A stretch of 61,641 nucleotides of DNA from Bdellovibrionales bacterium (lineage in GTDB: Bacteria > Bdellovibrionota > Bdellovibrionia > Bdellovibrionales > UBA1609), in assembly GCA_041690295.1 (NCBI GenBank), contig JAWLHR010000020.1, positions 1 to 61,641 of the forward strand, given 5' to 3'. The notes below the pieces were generated by a model. The model saw nothing but the letters and a program-made list of their open reading frames with translations, was not told where the DNA came from and did not search any database. Both the position numbers and the translations under genes were made by a program. How positions within the stretch are numbered: position 1 is the first letter of the stretch; every line of letters begins with the position of its first letter. Positions 48,005 through 58,895 of this stretch are shown one piece after another.

Positions 48005-49132
48005 TTAAGTTAACAAAGTTGCGGCGCGCAAGGAACCTATAAGTTCAACATGTTCAGTTTGTGGGAACATATCTAACCCTTGAACACTAACCAGTTCATA
48101 ATTTGATAATCGCTCCACATCGCGGGCGAACGTTGTGGGATTACAGCTCACATAAACGATCCATGTCGGGTGATGCCTAAGTAGCTCGGCCGTGACCGCG
48201 TGGGTGCAACCCACGCGCGGCGGATCCAACACCACCAGTCCTGACTTCTTATTCGGATTAAGCTTTTTTAAAACTTGCGCGACGTCACCTTGACGCCACT
48301 CCACGTTCGGGAGCCGAGGCGCCCGTTCGATCGAGGCGCGACTCAGATCAATCGCAATCAGCGGCACATCTGGAAACCGGGCGGCCAGAATTTCGGTCAG
48401 ATTCCCCGATCCGCAATAAAGATCCATGATCCAATCCGGTTTAAACCCGGCGACCCGCTCTAAAACCGCGTTTCGAAGTCGTTCGTTTTGCACCCGATTC
48501 ACTTGCGAAAACAACGCGGCTTCCGGATCACGTTGATCCGCCATTTCCCTGACGGTCCCATCAACCTGTAGGGCCAGCTCCAGACGCCGGGCCGAAATCC
48601 GCTCGGCGTCCAGGGTTTTGATCCGCTCATTGAGCGCCGGTTCGGCGATCAAGCACTCTTTGATGGGAATCAATTCCCGTGTGCGGGCCGCGAAAAAACC
48701 GATTTTTCCTTCGGAGACCTGAAGTTGTATTCGATTTCGATACTGAAATTCATGGGGCGCCTCCAAGAACGGGAGCCATTCAAAACCTTTGAATTTACGA
48801 AGACTGTCGTGAAGGATTTTTTCTTTCTGGCGAACTTGTTCAGGGTAGGAAACATGCTGCCAAGCACAGCCGCCACATTGGCCCGCCACTGGACATGGTG
48901 GTTCCCGCCGGCTTTGAGAAGGTTCAATGATTTCAACCAGCTCACCGAGCAAAAAGCGAGGTTTACACGCCGTGATTCGAACCCGGATTCGATCCCCTGG
49001 CGCGGTGAACGGAACGAATACAACCATCCCATTCAAGCGGCCGACTCCCCGGCCGCCGGAATAGCTTAGCGAATCAATCTGGATCTCGTGAATTTCGCCC
49101 GGTTTAGGCGTTAACGTACTCTTTGTCTTCAA
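48005..49132 (-). CDS. TRAM-domain RNA m5U methyltransferase (RlmD/TrmA family)
   Basis: TRAM N-domain, C...CGGC.WQH, FSQVN, DLYCGSG, LDPPR.G, YVSCNP.T..RD, DMFPQT.HVE. Confidence 0.92.
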   Translation of the reverse strand: MKTKSTLTPKPGEIHEIQIDSLSYSGGRGVGRLNGMVVFVPFTAPGDRIRVRITACKPRFLLGELVEIIEPSQSRREPPCPVAGQCGGCAWQHVSYPEQVRQKEKILHDSLRKFKGFEWLPFLEAPHEFQYRNRIQLQVSEGKIGFFAARTRELIPIKECLIAEPALNERIKTLDAERISARRLELALQVDGTVREMADQRDPEAALFSQVNRVQNERLRNAVLERVAGFKPDWIMDLYCGSGNLTEILAARFPDVPLIAIDLSRASIERAPRLPNVEWRQGDVAQVLKKLNPNKKSGLVVLDPPRVGCTHAVTAELLRHHPTWIVYVSCNPTTFARDVERLSNYELVSVQGLDMFPQTEHVELIGSLRAATLLT

Positions 49133-49529
49133 AGAAAATCTTCAATTCACGCTCGGCGCTGGCGGGGCTATCGCTGCCGTGAACGGCGTTTTCACCCACG
49201 CTGTCGCCATAAAGCGCACGGATGGTTCCCGGCGCGGCTTTCTTGGGATCGGTCGCACCCATGATTTCACGATTACGGGTGATCGCATTTTCACCTTTAA
49301 GTGCCATCAACACAACCGGCCCGGAAGTCATAAAGCTCACAAGTTCACCAAAAAACGGACGCTCCTTGTGTTCCGCGTAGAATTCTTCGCATTTAGCTTT
49401 TTCCAAACGAACCATTTTCATGGCGGCGATTTTCAATCCGTTCTTTTCGAACATCTGGATAATGCTTCCGATCGCGTTCTTTTTCACGGCGTTCGGTTTG
49501 ATAATGCTGAACGTAGTTTCTATGGCCAT
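49104..49529 (-). CDS. ndk: Nucleoside diphosphate kinase
   Basis: [26 protein letters not shown]. Confidence 0.98.
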   Translation of the reverse strand: MAIETTFSIIKPNAVKKNAIGSIIQMFEKNGLKIAAMKMVRLEKAKCEEFYAEHKERPFFGELVSFMTSGPVVLMALKGENAITRNREIMGATDPKKAAPGTIRALYGDSVGENAVHGSDSPASAERELKIFFEDKEYVNA

Positions 49530-49602
49530 ATTTGCTCCTTAATTGTGCACTCTGGCGCAAGATACATATGGCAATTGCACCTGGCAAGATTACAATATTT
49601 CC

Positions 49603-50118
49603 ATGAAATCCGCGCTCGCCCTCATATTCCTGCTGACTTCATGGACTGTTTCGGCGGCCGAAGAGAGGGTCTACGGCAGCACTGAGTATAGTTTCCTCGC
49701 TTCCCACGGGAAGCTCGATGATAAAACTCCGGCGATGGCACTTCGCCTGGGGACCTCGAACAACATACTTTTTCCGTTTAATTCGTCATTCGAGGTGGGC
49801 TTTATTGGCGAAAATCGCCGTGCCTACAGCCGCCTCAGTCTTGCTGCGCTTGGCAAACAACCCCAAATCGGGCGCGAACGTCCTATGTTATGGGCGGCCG
49901 ATGGCTATGTCCGCGCCGAACTCCTCAGTATGATTTGGGCGGAAGGCGGGTTTGTCGGCTATTCGCCGGCCATTGAAGCCGGAATATCCTTCAGACTTAC
50001 GGACGCCTGGGGCATCGCCCCGGCCGTCCGTTTCACTTCCGTCGCGGGCAAAATTTTCGAGCGCGATGACACGATGATCACCGTGGTCATCAGTTTGATC
50101 GAAGTGGTCCCACTTTAA
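49603..50118 (+). CDS. Hypothetical exported (possibly small beta-barrel) protein
   Basis: Signal peptide ending VSA, amphipathic strands. Confidence 0.6.
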   Translation: MKSALALIFLLTSWTVSAAEERVYGSTEYSFLASHGKLDDKTPAMALRLGTSNNILFPFNSSFEVGFIGENRRAYSRLSLAALGKQPQIGRERPMLWAADGYVRAELLSMIWAEGGFVGYSPAIEAGISFRLTDAWGIAPAVRFTSVAGKIFERDDTMITVVISLIEVVPL

Positions 50119-50987
50119 GCGCTCAAAGAGTTTTTCAGCGTGACACCCAGATCCGCCGGGCTCCGTGCGATTTTGCAGCCCGCCGAAGCCAGAGCTTCGA
50201 ACTTGGCCTCTGCCGTTCCCTTGCCACCAGAGATGATCGCACCGGCATGACCCATGCGCTTTCCTTTGGGCGCCGTAGCCCCCGCGATGAATGCGGTCAC
50301 CGGTTTTTTGAATTCACGCTTAATGTACTCCGCCGCTTCTTCTTCGGCACTGCCACCGATTTCACCGATCATGATGACCGCGTCGGTGTCCGGATCCCGG
50401 TTATACATTTCAAGGACATCTATAAAATTAGTGCCGTTGACCGGGTCACCGCCGATCCCCACACAGGTGCTTTGACCTAAACCGATATTGGTCAGCTGGA
50501 AGACCGCCTCGTAAGTGAGAGTTCCCGAGCGTGACAACACGCCGATACGTCCCGGTTTATGAATGTGACCCGGCATGATGCCGATCTTACACTCGCCCGG
50601 CGTGATCACACCTGGACAGTTAGGCCCGATCAAGCGGGTTTTACGACCTTGCAGGTAGCGTTTAACCGCCACCATATCCAAAACCGGAATACCTTCGGTG
50701 ATGCAGACGACGAGCGGAATCTCGGCATCCGCCGCTTCCATAATCGCATCCGCGGCAAAGGGCGGCGGCACATAAATCACGGAAGCGGTGGCTCCGGTCT
50801 TCTTCACGGCCTCTTCAACCGTATCGAACACAGGAAGTCCAAGGTGGGTTGTTCCACCCTTTCCAGGCGTGACTCCGCCGACCATTTTGGTCCCGTAAGC
50901 AATGGCCTGCTCCGAATGAAAAGTTCCCTGTGAGCCGGTAAAGCCCTGGCAAATCACTTTAGTGTCTTTGTTAATCAAGATCGCCAT
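50115..50987 (-). CDS. sucD: Succinyl-CoA synthetase alpha subunit
   Basis: [26 protein letters not shown]. Confidence 0.98.
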   Translation of the reverse strand: MAILINKDTKVICQGFTGSQGTFHSEQAIAYGTKMVGGVTPGKGGTTHLGLPVFDTVEEAVKKTGATASVIYVPPPFAADAIMEAADAEIPLVVCITEGIPVLDMVAVKRYLQGRKTRLIGPNCPGVITPGECKIGIMPGHIHKPGRIGVLSRSGTLTYEAVFQLTNIGLGQSTCVGIGGDPVNGTNFIDVLEMYNRDPDTDAVIMIGEIGGSAEEEAAEYIKREFKKPVTAFIAGATAPKGKRMGHAGAIISGGKGTAEAKFEALASAGCKIARSPADLGVTLKNSLSA

Positions 50988-52156
50988 TACTTAACTCCTT
51001 TGACCGCGTTGACGATCGCCTTGGCGGCGCTGGTGAGATCATCCGCCGGGATGATGTTCAACCCGCTCTCCTGCAACAACTTCTTGCCGAGTTCCACGTT
51101 GGTGCCTTGAAGCCTGACGACAAGCGGAACTTTAAGACCCAATTCTTTACTGGCCGCGATCACACCGTTGGCGATGATGTCACATTTCATGATCCCGCCG
51201 AAAATATTCACCAAAATCCCTTTTACATTGGGATCTTTGAGAATCAGTTTGAACGCTTCGGTGACCTTCTCTTTGCTCGCACCACCGCCCACATCCAAAA
51301 AGTTCGCCGGCATACCGCCGTGAAGCTTGATGATGTCCATGGTGGCCATGGCGAGACCCGCGCCATTCACCAGACAACCGATGTTGCCGTCGAGTTTAAT
51401 GAAGGCGAGGCCGTGTTTGCTGGCTTCAACTTCCGTCGGATCTTCTTCGGCGATATCCCGGTATTCAACGATGTCCGGATGCCGATAAAGAGCGTTGGAG
51501 TCGAAATTCAGTTTGCAATCCAACGGAATGACCTGACCGTCTCCGGTTTCAACCAACGGATTGATCTCGGCCATGCTGCAATCGGTGTCTTTGAAAACGC
51601 GGTAGAGACCGAGAAAGGTTTTGACCGCGCGGTTGGCCGCATCCCCTTTGAATCCTAATTTGTAGGCCATCTGACGGGCTTGAAACGGTTGCATGTCCAC
51701 GGCCGGATCCACCACCACGCGGTGGATTTTATCGGGATGCTTTTCGGCCACTTCTTCAATTTCCATCCCGCCTTCCGAGCTTCCCATCATCACCACGCGG
51801 CCATAATGGCGATCGACCAGGAAAGCGACATAGTATTCTTTTTTGATATCGCAACCCTGCTCGATATAGAGCTTGCGCACTAGTTTGCCTTCGGGACCCG
51901 TTTGCGGAGTGACGAGATTCATCCCCAGAATTTTCTGAGCGAGCGATTTTACTTCATCGAGCGACTTGGCCACTTTGATACCGCCGCCCTTACCGCGACC
52001 GCCGGCATGAACCTGCGCTTTGACCACCCAAACTTTGCCCCCGATGGCTTGCGCCGCCTTAACGGCTTCATCGGGGGTCGTGGCGAGCTGGCCCTTCAAA
52101 AGCGAAAGGCCATATCGTTTTAAAATCTCTTTTGCTTGATATTCATGAATATTCAT
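50987..52156 (-). CDS. sucC: Succinyl-CoA synthetase beta subunit
   Basis: [33 protein letters not shown]. Confidence 0.98.
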   Translation of the reverse strand: MNIHEYQAKEILKRYGLSLLKGQLATTPDEAVKAAQAIGGKVWVVKAQVHAGGRGKGGGIKVAKSLDEVKSLAQKILGMNLVTPQTGPEGKLVRKLYIEQGCDIKKEYYVAFLVDRHYGRVVMMGSSEGGMEIEEVAEKHPDKIHRVVVDPAVDMQPFQARQMAYKLGFKGDAANRAVKTFLGLYRVFKDTDCSMAEINPLVETGDGQVIPLDCKLNFDSNALYRHPDIVEYRDIAEEDPTEVEASKHGLAFIKLDGNIGCLVNGAGLAMATMDIIKLHGGMPANFLDVGGGASKEKVTEAFKLILKDPNVKGILVNIFGGIMKCDIIANGVIAASKELGLKVPLVVRLQGTNVELGKKLLQESGLNIIPADDLTSAAKAIVNAVKGVK

Positions 52157-52167
52157 TTGCGACTAAC

Positions 52168-53115
52168 CTACTGCAGATTGAGTTTGCCAAGCGCATCAAC
52201 CAAGTCTTTGACCGCTTTCACTGAGTGATCAAGTCCGGCCCGCTCTTCGTCGTTCAACTTGATTTCGATCACTTTCTCGAGGCCGCGGCCGCCGAGCTTA
52301 CAGATCACACCGACAAAAAGATCTTTCACGCCATACTCGCCTTGCAAGTAAGCCGCGCAGGGAAGGATTCGACCCTGATCGCGCAGAATCGCCTCGGCCA
52401 TTTGCACGGCGCTGGCCGACGGAGCGTAATAGGCGGATCCGGTCTTGAGAAGGCCGACGATTTCGGCGCCACCTTCACGAGTGCGCTTCACCAAAGCGTC
52501 AATGCGTTCCTTGGATAACATTTCAGTCAGAGGCACGCCGCCCACCGAACAGTGGCGGGGCATGGGAACCATGGTGTCACCGTGACCACCTAAAACGAAG
52601 GCGTGCACATCCTTCACGCTGCATTTGAGTTCTTCAGCGATGAAGGTACGGAAGCGGGCGCTATCCAAGACGCCGGCCATGCCGATCACGCGCTCCCGGG
52701 GAAAGTCGAGTTCCTTCATGGCCACATACGCCATGGCGTCCAGCGGGTTGCTGACCACGATGACCACCGAGTTCGGAGAATATTCACGAACCCCTTTGCA
52801 AACCTCTTTCATGATTTTGGCGTTGGTCGCGAGCAAATCGTCGCGGCTCATTCCCGGCTTACGCGGGAGACCCGCCGTGATAATCACAACGTCTGAATTA
52901 GCGGTGTCTTTGTAATCAGAAGTGCCGATGACTCTCGAATCAAATTGTTCAACCGGTGATGATTCATACAAATCGAGCGCCTTGCCTTTGGCGACTCCCT
53001 CATTGATGTCCACGAGCACCACATCGCCCAGTTCTTTGGCGGCGGCCCAGTGAGCGCATGTGGATCCGACAAATCCCGCCCCGACTACCGTTATCTTTTT
53101 CCTCGTATGCTTCAT
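52168..53115 (-). CDS. mdh: Malate dehydrogenase (LDH-like type)
   Basis: [30 protein letters not shown]. Confidence 0.97.
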   Translation of the reverse strand: MKHTRKKITVVGAGFVGSTCAHWAAAKELGDVVLVDINEGVAKGKALDLYESSPVEQFDSRVIGTSDYKDTANSDVVIITAGLPRKPGMSRDDLLATNAKIMKEVCKGVREYSPNSVVIVVSNPLDAMAYVAMKELDFPRERVIGMAGVLDSARFRTFIAEELKCSVKDVHAFVLGGHGDTMVPMPRHCSVGGVPLTEMLSKERIDALVKRTREGGAEIVGLLKTGSAYYAPSASAVQMAEAILRDQGRILPCAAYLQGEYGVKDLFVGVICKLGGRGLEKVIEIKLNDEERAGLDHSVKAVKDLVDALGKLNLQ

Positions 53116-53207
53116 AAGTGGTGACCTTTCTTCGGAATTTAGCTTTGAGATGCGCTAAACATAGACAAGTTCCTTGCTCGACTCACGAACTTTTGTACAA
53201 TCAATGC

Positions 53208-53972
53208 GTGGCATCTATCGCATTGGAACTTCAGGATCTGTCCATCGATTTCGGCGATGGCCCCCTCCTAAAAACGGTTAATCTTTCCATTGAGCAGGGG
53301 GAATCCTTCGTCTTGGTCGGCCCCAGCGGCGGCGGGAAAAGCGTGGTTTTGAAACTTTTCGCCGGTCTCCTTCGTCCCACCGAGGGCCGGGTCTTTGTTG
53401 AAGGCCAGGATCTTCACGCGATGGGCGCTAAAGCCCAAGCCGAACTGATGCTTAAAATGGGTATGCTGTTCCAAAAGAACGCGCTCTTCGACTCCCTGAC
53501 CGTGGCGGAAAATATCGCCTTCCCGTTACGGGAGAAAACCTCACTTGACGAGGACGCGATCCAGGAGCGTATTACTTTTTTTCTCGAAGCGGTGGGCCTT
53601 TCGCATGCGCGGGACCTTTATCCCGATGAGATCTCGGGTGGGATGCAGAAACGATTGGGAATCGCGCGCGCCCTGGCGCTCAGACCGCAAATCGTCCTTT
53701 ACGACGACCCCACCGCCGGGCTGGATCCCATCACCAGCCGGCGGATCGTCGATCTCATTCTCCAGTTGCAGCGCGAACAAAAATCCACGCTGGTCACGGT
53801 CACCAACGACATGGCCCGCGCCTATCAATTGGCGGATCGCATCGCGATGGTGGTCGATGGAGAGTTAATCGTTACGGGAGATAAAGAAGCCACTTTGGCT
53901 CATCCGGACCCGCGAGTGGCGCAGTTCATTCGGGGCCAGTTGGACGGCCCCCTCACCGAGGCCATGGCATGA
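53208..53972 (+). CDS. MlaF-like ABC ATPase 1 (degenerate Walker B and H-loop)
   Basis: GPSGGGKS, ISGGMQKR, LYDDPT, VTNDM; GTG start at 53208. Confidence 0.9.
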   Translation: MASIALELQDLSIDFGDGPLLKTVNLSIEQGESFVLVGPSGGGKSVVLKLFAGLLRPTEGRVFVEGQDLHAMGAKAQAELMLKMGMLFQKNALFDSLTVAENIAFPLREKTSLDEDAIQERITFFLEAVGLSHARDLYPDEISGGMQKRLGIARALALRPQIVLYDDPTAGLDPITSRRIVDLILQLQREQKSTLVTVTNDMARAYQLADRIAMVVDGELIVTGDKEATLAHPDPRVAQFIRGQLDGPLTEAMA

Positions 53973-54715
53973 TTTTGTTTCGCAATGTCCGCAAAAGTTT
54001 CGGTGACCGCGAAGTCCTTAAAGGAATCTCCTTTGATGTTCCGGAAGGACAGATTTTATTTATCCTCGGCACATCCGGAACCGGAAAAAGCGTGCTGTTG
54101 AAAAACATCGTGGGATTGATGCAACCCACATCCGGCGAGATTTGGGTGGATGGGCAGGAAGTTTCGCGCTTGCCCGAAATCGAACTTTTTCCGGTTCGTC
54201 GGAAATGCGGAATGGTTTTTCAGCATCCCGCGCTTTTTGATTCCATGACCGTCTTTGACAATATCGCCTTCGGACTGCGGAAACATTATCCCGAGTATGA
54301 TGAGCGACAAATCGACGAGCGGGTTCGCGAATGCCTGAACCTGGTTCAGCTTCGCGCCACCGTGATCTCCAAAAAGCCGGCGGAAATTTCTTACGGCATG
54401 CAAAAGCGGGTGAGTCTCGCGCGAACCGTAGCGGTGAACCCGCGTATTTTGCTTTTCGACGAACCCACCACCGGATTGGACCCGGTGACCACCAAAGCCA
54501 TCAATCACCTGATCTTCGAACTTTCGCGTAAACTAAAAACCACTTCATTGGTGGTCAGCCACGATATGCAATGTGCTTTGGAGATCGCGGATCATATTAT
54601 AGTTTTGGATAAAGGCGAAATCGTGGATCAAGGGTCGCCAGCCGATCTGAAGGCGAGCCAACATCCCTTGGTGCGGGATTTTTTGCGAGAGGCGCTGAAT
54701 GCTGAAGGTGCTTAA
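53969..54715 (+). CDS. MlaF-like ABC ATPase 2 (degenerate signature)
   Basis: GTSGTGKS, ISYGMQKR, LFDEPT, VSHDM. Confidence 0.92.
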   Translation: MILFRNVRKSFGDREVLKGISFDVPEGQILFILGTSGTGKSVLLKNIVGLMQPTSGEIWVDGQEVSRLPEIELFPVRRKCGMVFQHPALFDSMTVFDNIAFGLRKHYPEYDERQIDERVRECLNLVQLRATVISKKPAEISYGMQKRVSLARTVAVNPRILLFDEPTTGLDPVTTKAINHLIFELSRKLKTTSLVVSHDMQCALEIADHIIVLDKGEIVDQGSPADLKASQHPLVRDFLREALNAEGA

Positions 54716-55481
54716 ATCCATTCTCGACGACATCGGTGGTTGTGTTCTGTTCTTGCGCGAAGTTACCACGACCGCCATCCGCAGTCCGTGCACCACAACC
54801 AGCCTTTGCGAACAAATCTGGCGTGTCACTTTGCAAAGCCTTCCCACCACCGCCATGGCGGGATTTTTCGTCGGCGCCATCATGACTGTTCAGTTCACCA
54901 TGCAGATCAAAGCCTTTGGCGCACTGGGGTATTTGGGTGGACTTTCCACTTCCGCCACCATTCGTGAAATCGGGCCACTTCTCATCGCTTTTCTTTTAAG
55001 CGGCAAAGTGGGCGCTTTTACTTCCGCCGAGCTGGGCACCATGCGCGTGACCGAACAAATCGATGCGATCCGCTGCCTGGGCGCCAATCCCATTCAGGAA
55101 ATCATTCTACCTCGGTACTTGGGGATCATTATCTCGAGCTTTTTTCTGCTGGCGGCGGGATTGTTAATGTCCATATTCGGTGGTCTTTTGCTCGCGGCTT
55201 TCTTTTCCGGAATCAATCCGGAAGAATATCTGCGCCACATACCCACGATTGTTTCCACCTTCTCAATCGGAACAGGCCTCTTTAAATGTTTGGTGTTCGC
55301 CTTGGTGCTGGCTTCGATCTGCACTTACAAGGGTTACACCACCTCGGGGGGCGCCAAAGGAGTGGGCCGAAGTGTCGTGTCGACCGCGGTGATGACGATG
55401 GTGGGGATCGTGGTCAGTGATTACATCACAACCGTACTCAGTGAATCCGTTTTGAATATGTTCGGGGGGGCCGCGATATGA
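54699..55481 (+). CDS. MlaE-family permease 1
   Basis: REIGPLL, AELGTMRVTEQIDA, GAKGVG. Confidence 0.93.
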   Translation: MLKVLKSILDDIGGCVLFLREVTTTAIRSPCTTTSLCEQIWRVTLQSLPTTAMAGFFVGAIMTVQFTMQIKAFGALGYLGGLSTSATIREIGPLLIAFLLSGKVGAFTSAELGTMRVTEQIDAIRCLGANPIQEIILPRYLGIIISSFFLLAAGLLMSIFGGLLLAAFFSGINPEEYLRHIPTIVSTFSIGTGLFKCLVFALVLASICTYKGYTTSGGAKGVGRSVVSTAVMTMVGIVVSDYITTVLSESVLNMFGGAAI

Positions 55482-56203
55482 ATCCGGCGATTTACCTTTA
55501 TCGCAGCACCGCCGCCGCTTTGACCCCACCCTATCGGATCAAAGACATCATTCAACAACTCGAGTTCGTTTCGTGGCAAAGTTTGCCTGTCATATTATTT
55601 TGTCTTTGTTTCGCGGCGATCGTGACGATCATCGAATCATCGTTTCACATGAAAATCGTCGTGCAGAATGACGCGTTGGTGCCGGGTTTCGCGGCTCTCC
55701 TTATATTACGTGAACTTGGCGCCGTGGTGTCGGCCCTTTTGTTAACTTCACGTGTGGGTGCGGGCCTTGCCGCCGAGGTCGGCTCCATGCAAGTGACCGA
55801 GCAAGTGGATGCGCTAAGGATGTTGGGTATTGATCCCATTCGTTTCCTGGTTGTGCCCCGGTTAATCGCTTGCATCGTGGGCGGTTTCATCCTCAGCATC
55901 ATCGCCAATCTGGTTTGTCTTTACGCCGCCATGCTGGTGAGCGAATTCAAACTGGGTTATTCAAGCGGCGCGTTCATTACCGGAATGCGCGCCTTCGTGG
56001 ATTTCCGCGATCTTGTTTTCGCATCGATCAAGGGAGCGAGCTTCGGCGCCGTGATTCCCCTGATCAGCTGTTATTTCGGCTTTCGCTGCCAAAGCGGCGC
56101 GGAAGGGGTGGGACTCGCGACCACCAACGCGGTTGTCGCGTCATCCGTGGCCATCATCGCATTGGATTTTGTGTTAACATATATTTTCTCTAATTTTTAT
56201 TGA
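55478..56203 (+). CDS. MlaE-family permease 2
   Basis: RELG, AEVGSMQVTEQVDAL, GAEGVG..TT..VV. Confidence 0.93.
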   Translation: MNPAIYLYRSTAAALTPPYRIKDIIQQLEFVSWQSLPVILFCLCFAAIVTIIESSFHMKIVVQNDALVPGFAALLILRELGAVVSALLLTSRVGAGLAAEVGSMQVTEQVDALRMLGIDPIRFLVVPRLIACIVGGFILSIIANLVCLYAAMLVSEFKLGYSSGAFITGMRAFVDFRDLVFASIKGASFGAVIPLISCYFGFRCQSGAEGVGLATTNAVVASSVAIIALDFVLTYIFSNFY

Positions 56204-56215
56204 GGAGCGGGCATC

Positions 56216-56995
56216 ATGAAGCCTCAAACTAAAGTGGGAATTCTGTTTCTTGTGGCGACGGTCCTGGTCGTGGTCTTCGCGCTAGCGCTTGGGGCGATCC
56301 AACCATTCTCCAACTCCCATGAATTAAGAGTGGCCTACAATTTCGCCGGCGGGATTGAAGTGGGATCTCCGGTTCGGGTCATGGGTATCAAAGTGGGTAA
56401 AGTCCGCTCGATCCGCTTTGAACCTGAATTCAAAATGCCCGATACCGGAGAAGAGGTAAAATTAATGATCACCATCTCGGTCGATAAAAAGGCCTGGCCG
56501 ACGGTTCGTAAAGACAGCCGCTTCTTCATCAACCTGGCCGGCGTGATCGGCGAAAAGTTTTTGGAGATTTCTCCCGGGTCCCTAGACCAGCCGGAGCTGG
56601 CTCCGGGTGAAGTCGTGCGCGGTGAGGACCCTCCCCGCATTGACCAGATGATTTCGCAAAGTTACGCGCTGGCCGGTAAAATCCTTGAACTCGTTAACCG
56701 GAATGAAGGTTCCGTCATCCAAACCATCGAGACTTTGAACAAACTCGTATTGAATTTCGACAAGGCCTTGCGCCAGCTGGAAAAAACCTCGCGGGACCCC
56801 GAAGTGCACCGGATTGTGAAAAACTTAAGCACAATCATGGAAGACGGCGCGTTTTTCAGCCAGCAACTGCGAAGTCCGGAAGGTATGAAGACAATTTCGT
56901 TGATCAACGATCTGATCCGCCGGCTGGAACCACTGGATAGTAAAGCGATCAAAAAGTTTCTGCAGGAAGAAGGAATTCGCGCGAAGCTGTTCTAA
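56216..56995 (+). CDS. mlaD: MlaD/MCE-domain protein with helical extension
   Basis: KVG TM, GGIEVGSPV..GIKVG.V, GVIGEKFLEI.PG. Confidence 0.92.
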   Translation: MKPQTKVGILFLVATVLVVVFALALGAIQPFSNSHELRVAYNFAGGIEVGSPVRVMGIKVGKVRSIRFEPEFKMPDTGEEVKLMITISVDKKAWPTVRKDSRFFINLAGVIGEKFLEISPGSLDQPELAPGEVVRGEDPPRIDQMISQSYALAGKILELVNRNEGSVIQTIETLNKLVLNFDKALRQLEKTSRDPEVHRIVKNLSTIMEDGAFFSQQLRSPEGMKTISLINDLIRRLEPLDSKAIKKFLQEEGIRAKLF

Positions 56996-57061
56996 CTGTG
57001 GCTTAAAAGCCTCATTCGGCTCACAATTGGTCTAGTTTTCACAAGACAAAGCGTTCAAAAA

Positions 57062-57092
57062 CAAAAAACCCCCGGCTCATCACCGAGGGTTT
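57062..57092 (-). terminator. Intrinsic terminator of the Lys-rich microprotein gene
   Basis: Minus strand aaaccctcgg-tgatgag-ccgggggttt followed by T tract. Confidence 0.7.
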
Positions 57093-57119
57093 AACTTCAT
57101 TCTAAGATGAAGTTTCTAA

Positions 57120-57194
57120 CTATTTCTTTTTGCGAGCGGCTTTTTTCGTAGCTTTTTTCTTAGTCGCTTTTTTCGCAGTTTTTTTCTTAGCCAT
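57120..57194 (-). CDS. 24-aa Lys/Ala-rich histone-H1-like microprotein, not in the ORF track
   Basis: AGGAGG RBS; MAKKKTAKKATKKKATKKAARKKK; own terminator downstream. Confidence 0.78.
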   Translation of the reverse strand: MAKKKTAKKATKKKATKKAARKKK

Positions 57195-57326
57195 TGTCTC
57201 CTCCTAAGGTGACTTTTTGTTTCTTCAACGCGCGTTTCACATTCAGTTTATCCACTCGACTAATCTCGTCAATAACAAATTTAAAAAAACGCATGATTTT
57301 TGCTTTTTGATTTGGCGGAGGTCGAG

Positions 57327-58061
57327 ATGTCGCTGATTTTTTTCGCGCAAACGATGTTCGGAAACATGTTCGCGATTCGGACATTGAGAAAATTCCGCGG
57401 ACGCGCGCTGATTTCAACATCAAAACTGACAATTATCGGCACCAGTTTTGCGTTCATCATCGCCGCCGAAACATTTTTTTTGCAAAATCACCCGCGCATC
57501 GCCGTTTTCGTGCTCGTCATTAGTCTCATTTTCCTGCAACTCGCGCTTCATGTTCACGAACAACGGCGAATTTCGCTTCTTCTCAGGGGATTTCCCGTGT
57601 TTTTGGACCGGTGGATCTTGAATCTTCGCACCGGAATGAGCACAACGGCCGCGCGCGATCGGGCTCTTGCCGCCACCGAACCGCTTCTACGCAACCTTCT
57701 CACACCGTTGATCACGGCGTCTGATGGCGTGGAAAAGCGTCGACACCGCCTTTTCAGCGAAGAAATCACTTCCGAACTGCGCGCGATCCAGAATCAGAAT
57801 CACAACACCATCACTCGCCTTCAAAATCTGCGCGCGAATGTCCGGCGCGCGTCCGATTTTCGACGTAAGTCCGGACAAGCCATGCGCCAATCGGCGATTC
57901 AGTCCTTTGTTTTATTTGTCATGCATTTTGCACTCGCCGGCTTTACGTTCTGGCGAACGGGTTGGAAGAACGCCGATCTGATATTGATCGCGACCGCGCT
58001 CACGTTGGCTGGAGCGTTGATTTTGCGTGTGTTGGCGCGGAGGATTGCATGGACGATTTGA
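57327..58061 (+). CDS. Divergent TadB-like (T2SSF family) membrane protein
   Basis: Two TMs, FPVFLD...LRTGMS, FRRKSGQAMRQ..IQS, two TMs; GGAGG RBS. Confidence 0.65.
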   Translation: MSLIFFAQTMFGNMFAIRTLRKFRGRALISTSKLTIIGTSFAFIIAAETFFLQNHPRIAVFVLVISLIFLQLALHVHEQRRISLLLRGFPVFLDRWILNLRTGMSTTAARDRALAATEPLLRNLLTPLITASDGVEKRRHRLFSEEITSELRAIQNQNHNTITRLQNLRANVRRASDFRRKSGQAMRQSAIQSFVLFVMHFALAGFTFWRTGWKNADLILIATALTLAGALILRVLARRIAWTI

Positions 58062-58468
58062 CACCACCTTTATTAACGGCTTTGCGGGATGTGCGTTGGC
58101 AACTTTTGAGCGGCCGATCCACAAAGGAAGCCGTCAGAAACTACGCGTTCAAACACAGCGACGCACTCGCCAGCCGAATCGGCCAACTTTGGATATTAAA
58201 ACAGCAAGGCACCTTGAACCTGGCCGAGATCAACTGGCCAAATTTTCACCAAAAGACGTTTTGGGAACTTCTTGAGCGCGGATTCGAGGGTCAGCCCATT
58301 GTTGAACCATTGACCCACCTCGAAGACGAAGTGGAATCCGTGGCCAAGCACGATTTGGATCAGCATCTGGCGACTTTGCCGTTCAAGGCGCTATTTCCTC
58401 TACTTTTTTTGCAGTTTCCGGCCTTTGTCATTCTTTTGATCGGGCCGCTGCTTCGGGAGCTTGTATGA
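58049..58468 (+). CDS. Short TadC-like membrane protein
   Basis: C-terminal LPFKALFPLLFLQFPAFVILLIGPLL matches the TadC terminal helix; GGAGG RBS. Confidence 0.65.
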   Translation: MDDLTPPLLTALRDVRWQLLSGRSTKEAVRNYAFKHSDALASRIGQLWILKQQGTLNLAEINWPNFHQKTFWELLERGFEGQPIVEPLTHLEDEVESVAKHDLDQHLATLPFKALFPLLFLQFPAFVILLIGPLLRELV

Positions 58469-58881
58469 TTTGGATCTTATTTTCGACATTGATGGCGCAC
58501 GCGAACTCCCTGGACCATGTACTTTTGCGAAAAATCGCGAATGCGAAAGGCCCACATGAGGTGGAGCGGATAAGGGAGGCGGGTGATAAGATTCGCATCA
58601 CCCGGCTCGCCTGCCGGCTTCAACTGGAGCGCCGGCTGATTCCGCAAGCCTGTTATGAAGCCTTGTCACTGGAAAAAGCCTTCGGTCTTCATACGGATCG
58701 GGAACAGTTGGCGTTGCAAATCCATGAACTCGACGTCCGATGTTTCGCGGCCGCCAGAGATCGGATTCCGCCCGCCGATTTGCGCAGCACGGGTCTGTCA
58801 ATTCCTTGCCAAAACGCCATCAAAAAGGCGGTTGAGCTGGGCCAGTACCGGGCGGGGGATGTGGATTGGCGTGAGTATTGA
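58465..58881 (+). CDS. Hypothetical secreted protein with four Cys
   Basis: ATGA coupling, short signal peptide ending AHA. Confidence 0.6.
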   Translation: MIWILFSTLMAHANSLDHVLLRKIANAKGPHEVERIREAGDKIRITRLACRLQLERRLIPQACYEALSLEKAFGLHTDREQLALQIHELDVRCFAAARDRIPPADLRSTGLSIPCQNAIKKAVELGQYRAGDVDWREY

Positions 58882-58895
58882 AATAGCCGTCCTAT

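Noticed and set aside
57187..57432. 81-aa minus-strand ORF
   Set aside because: Overlaps the TadB-like gene and the AT-rich promoter region; the 24-aa ORF has the clear RBS.
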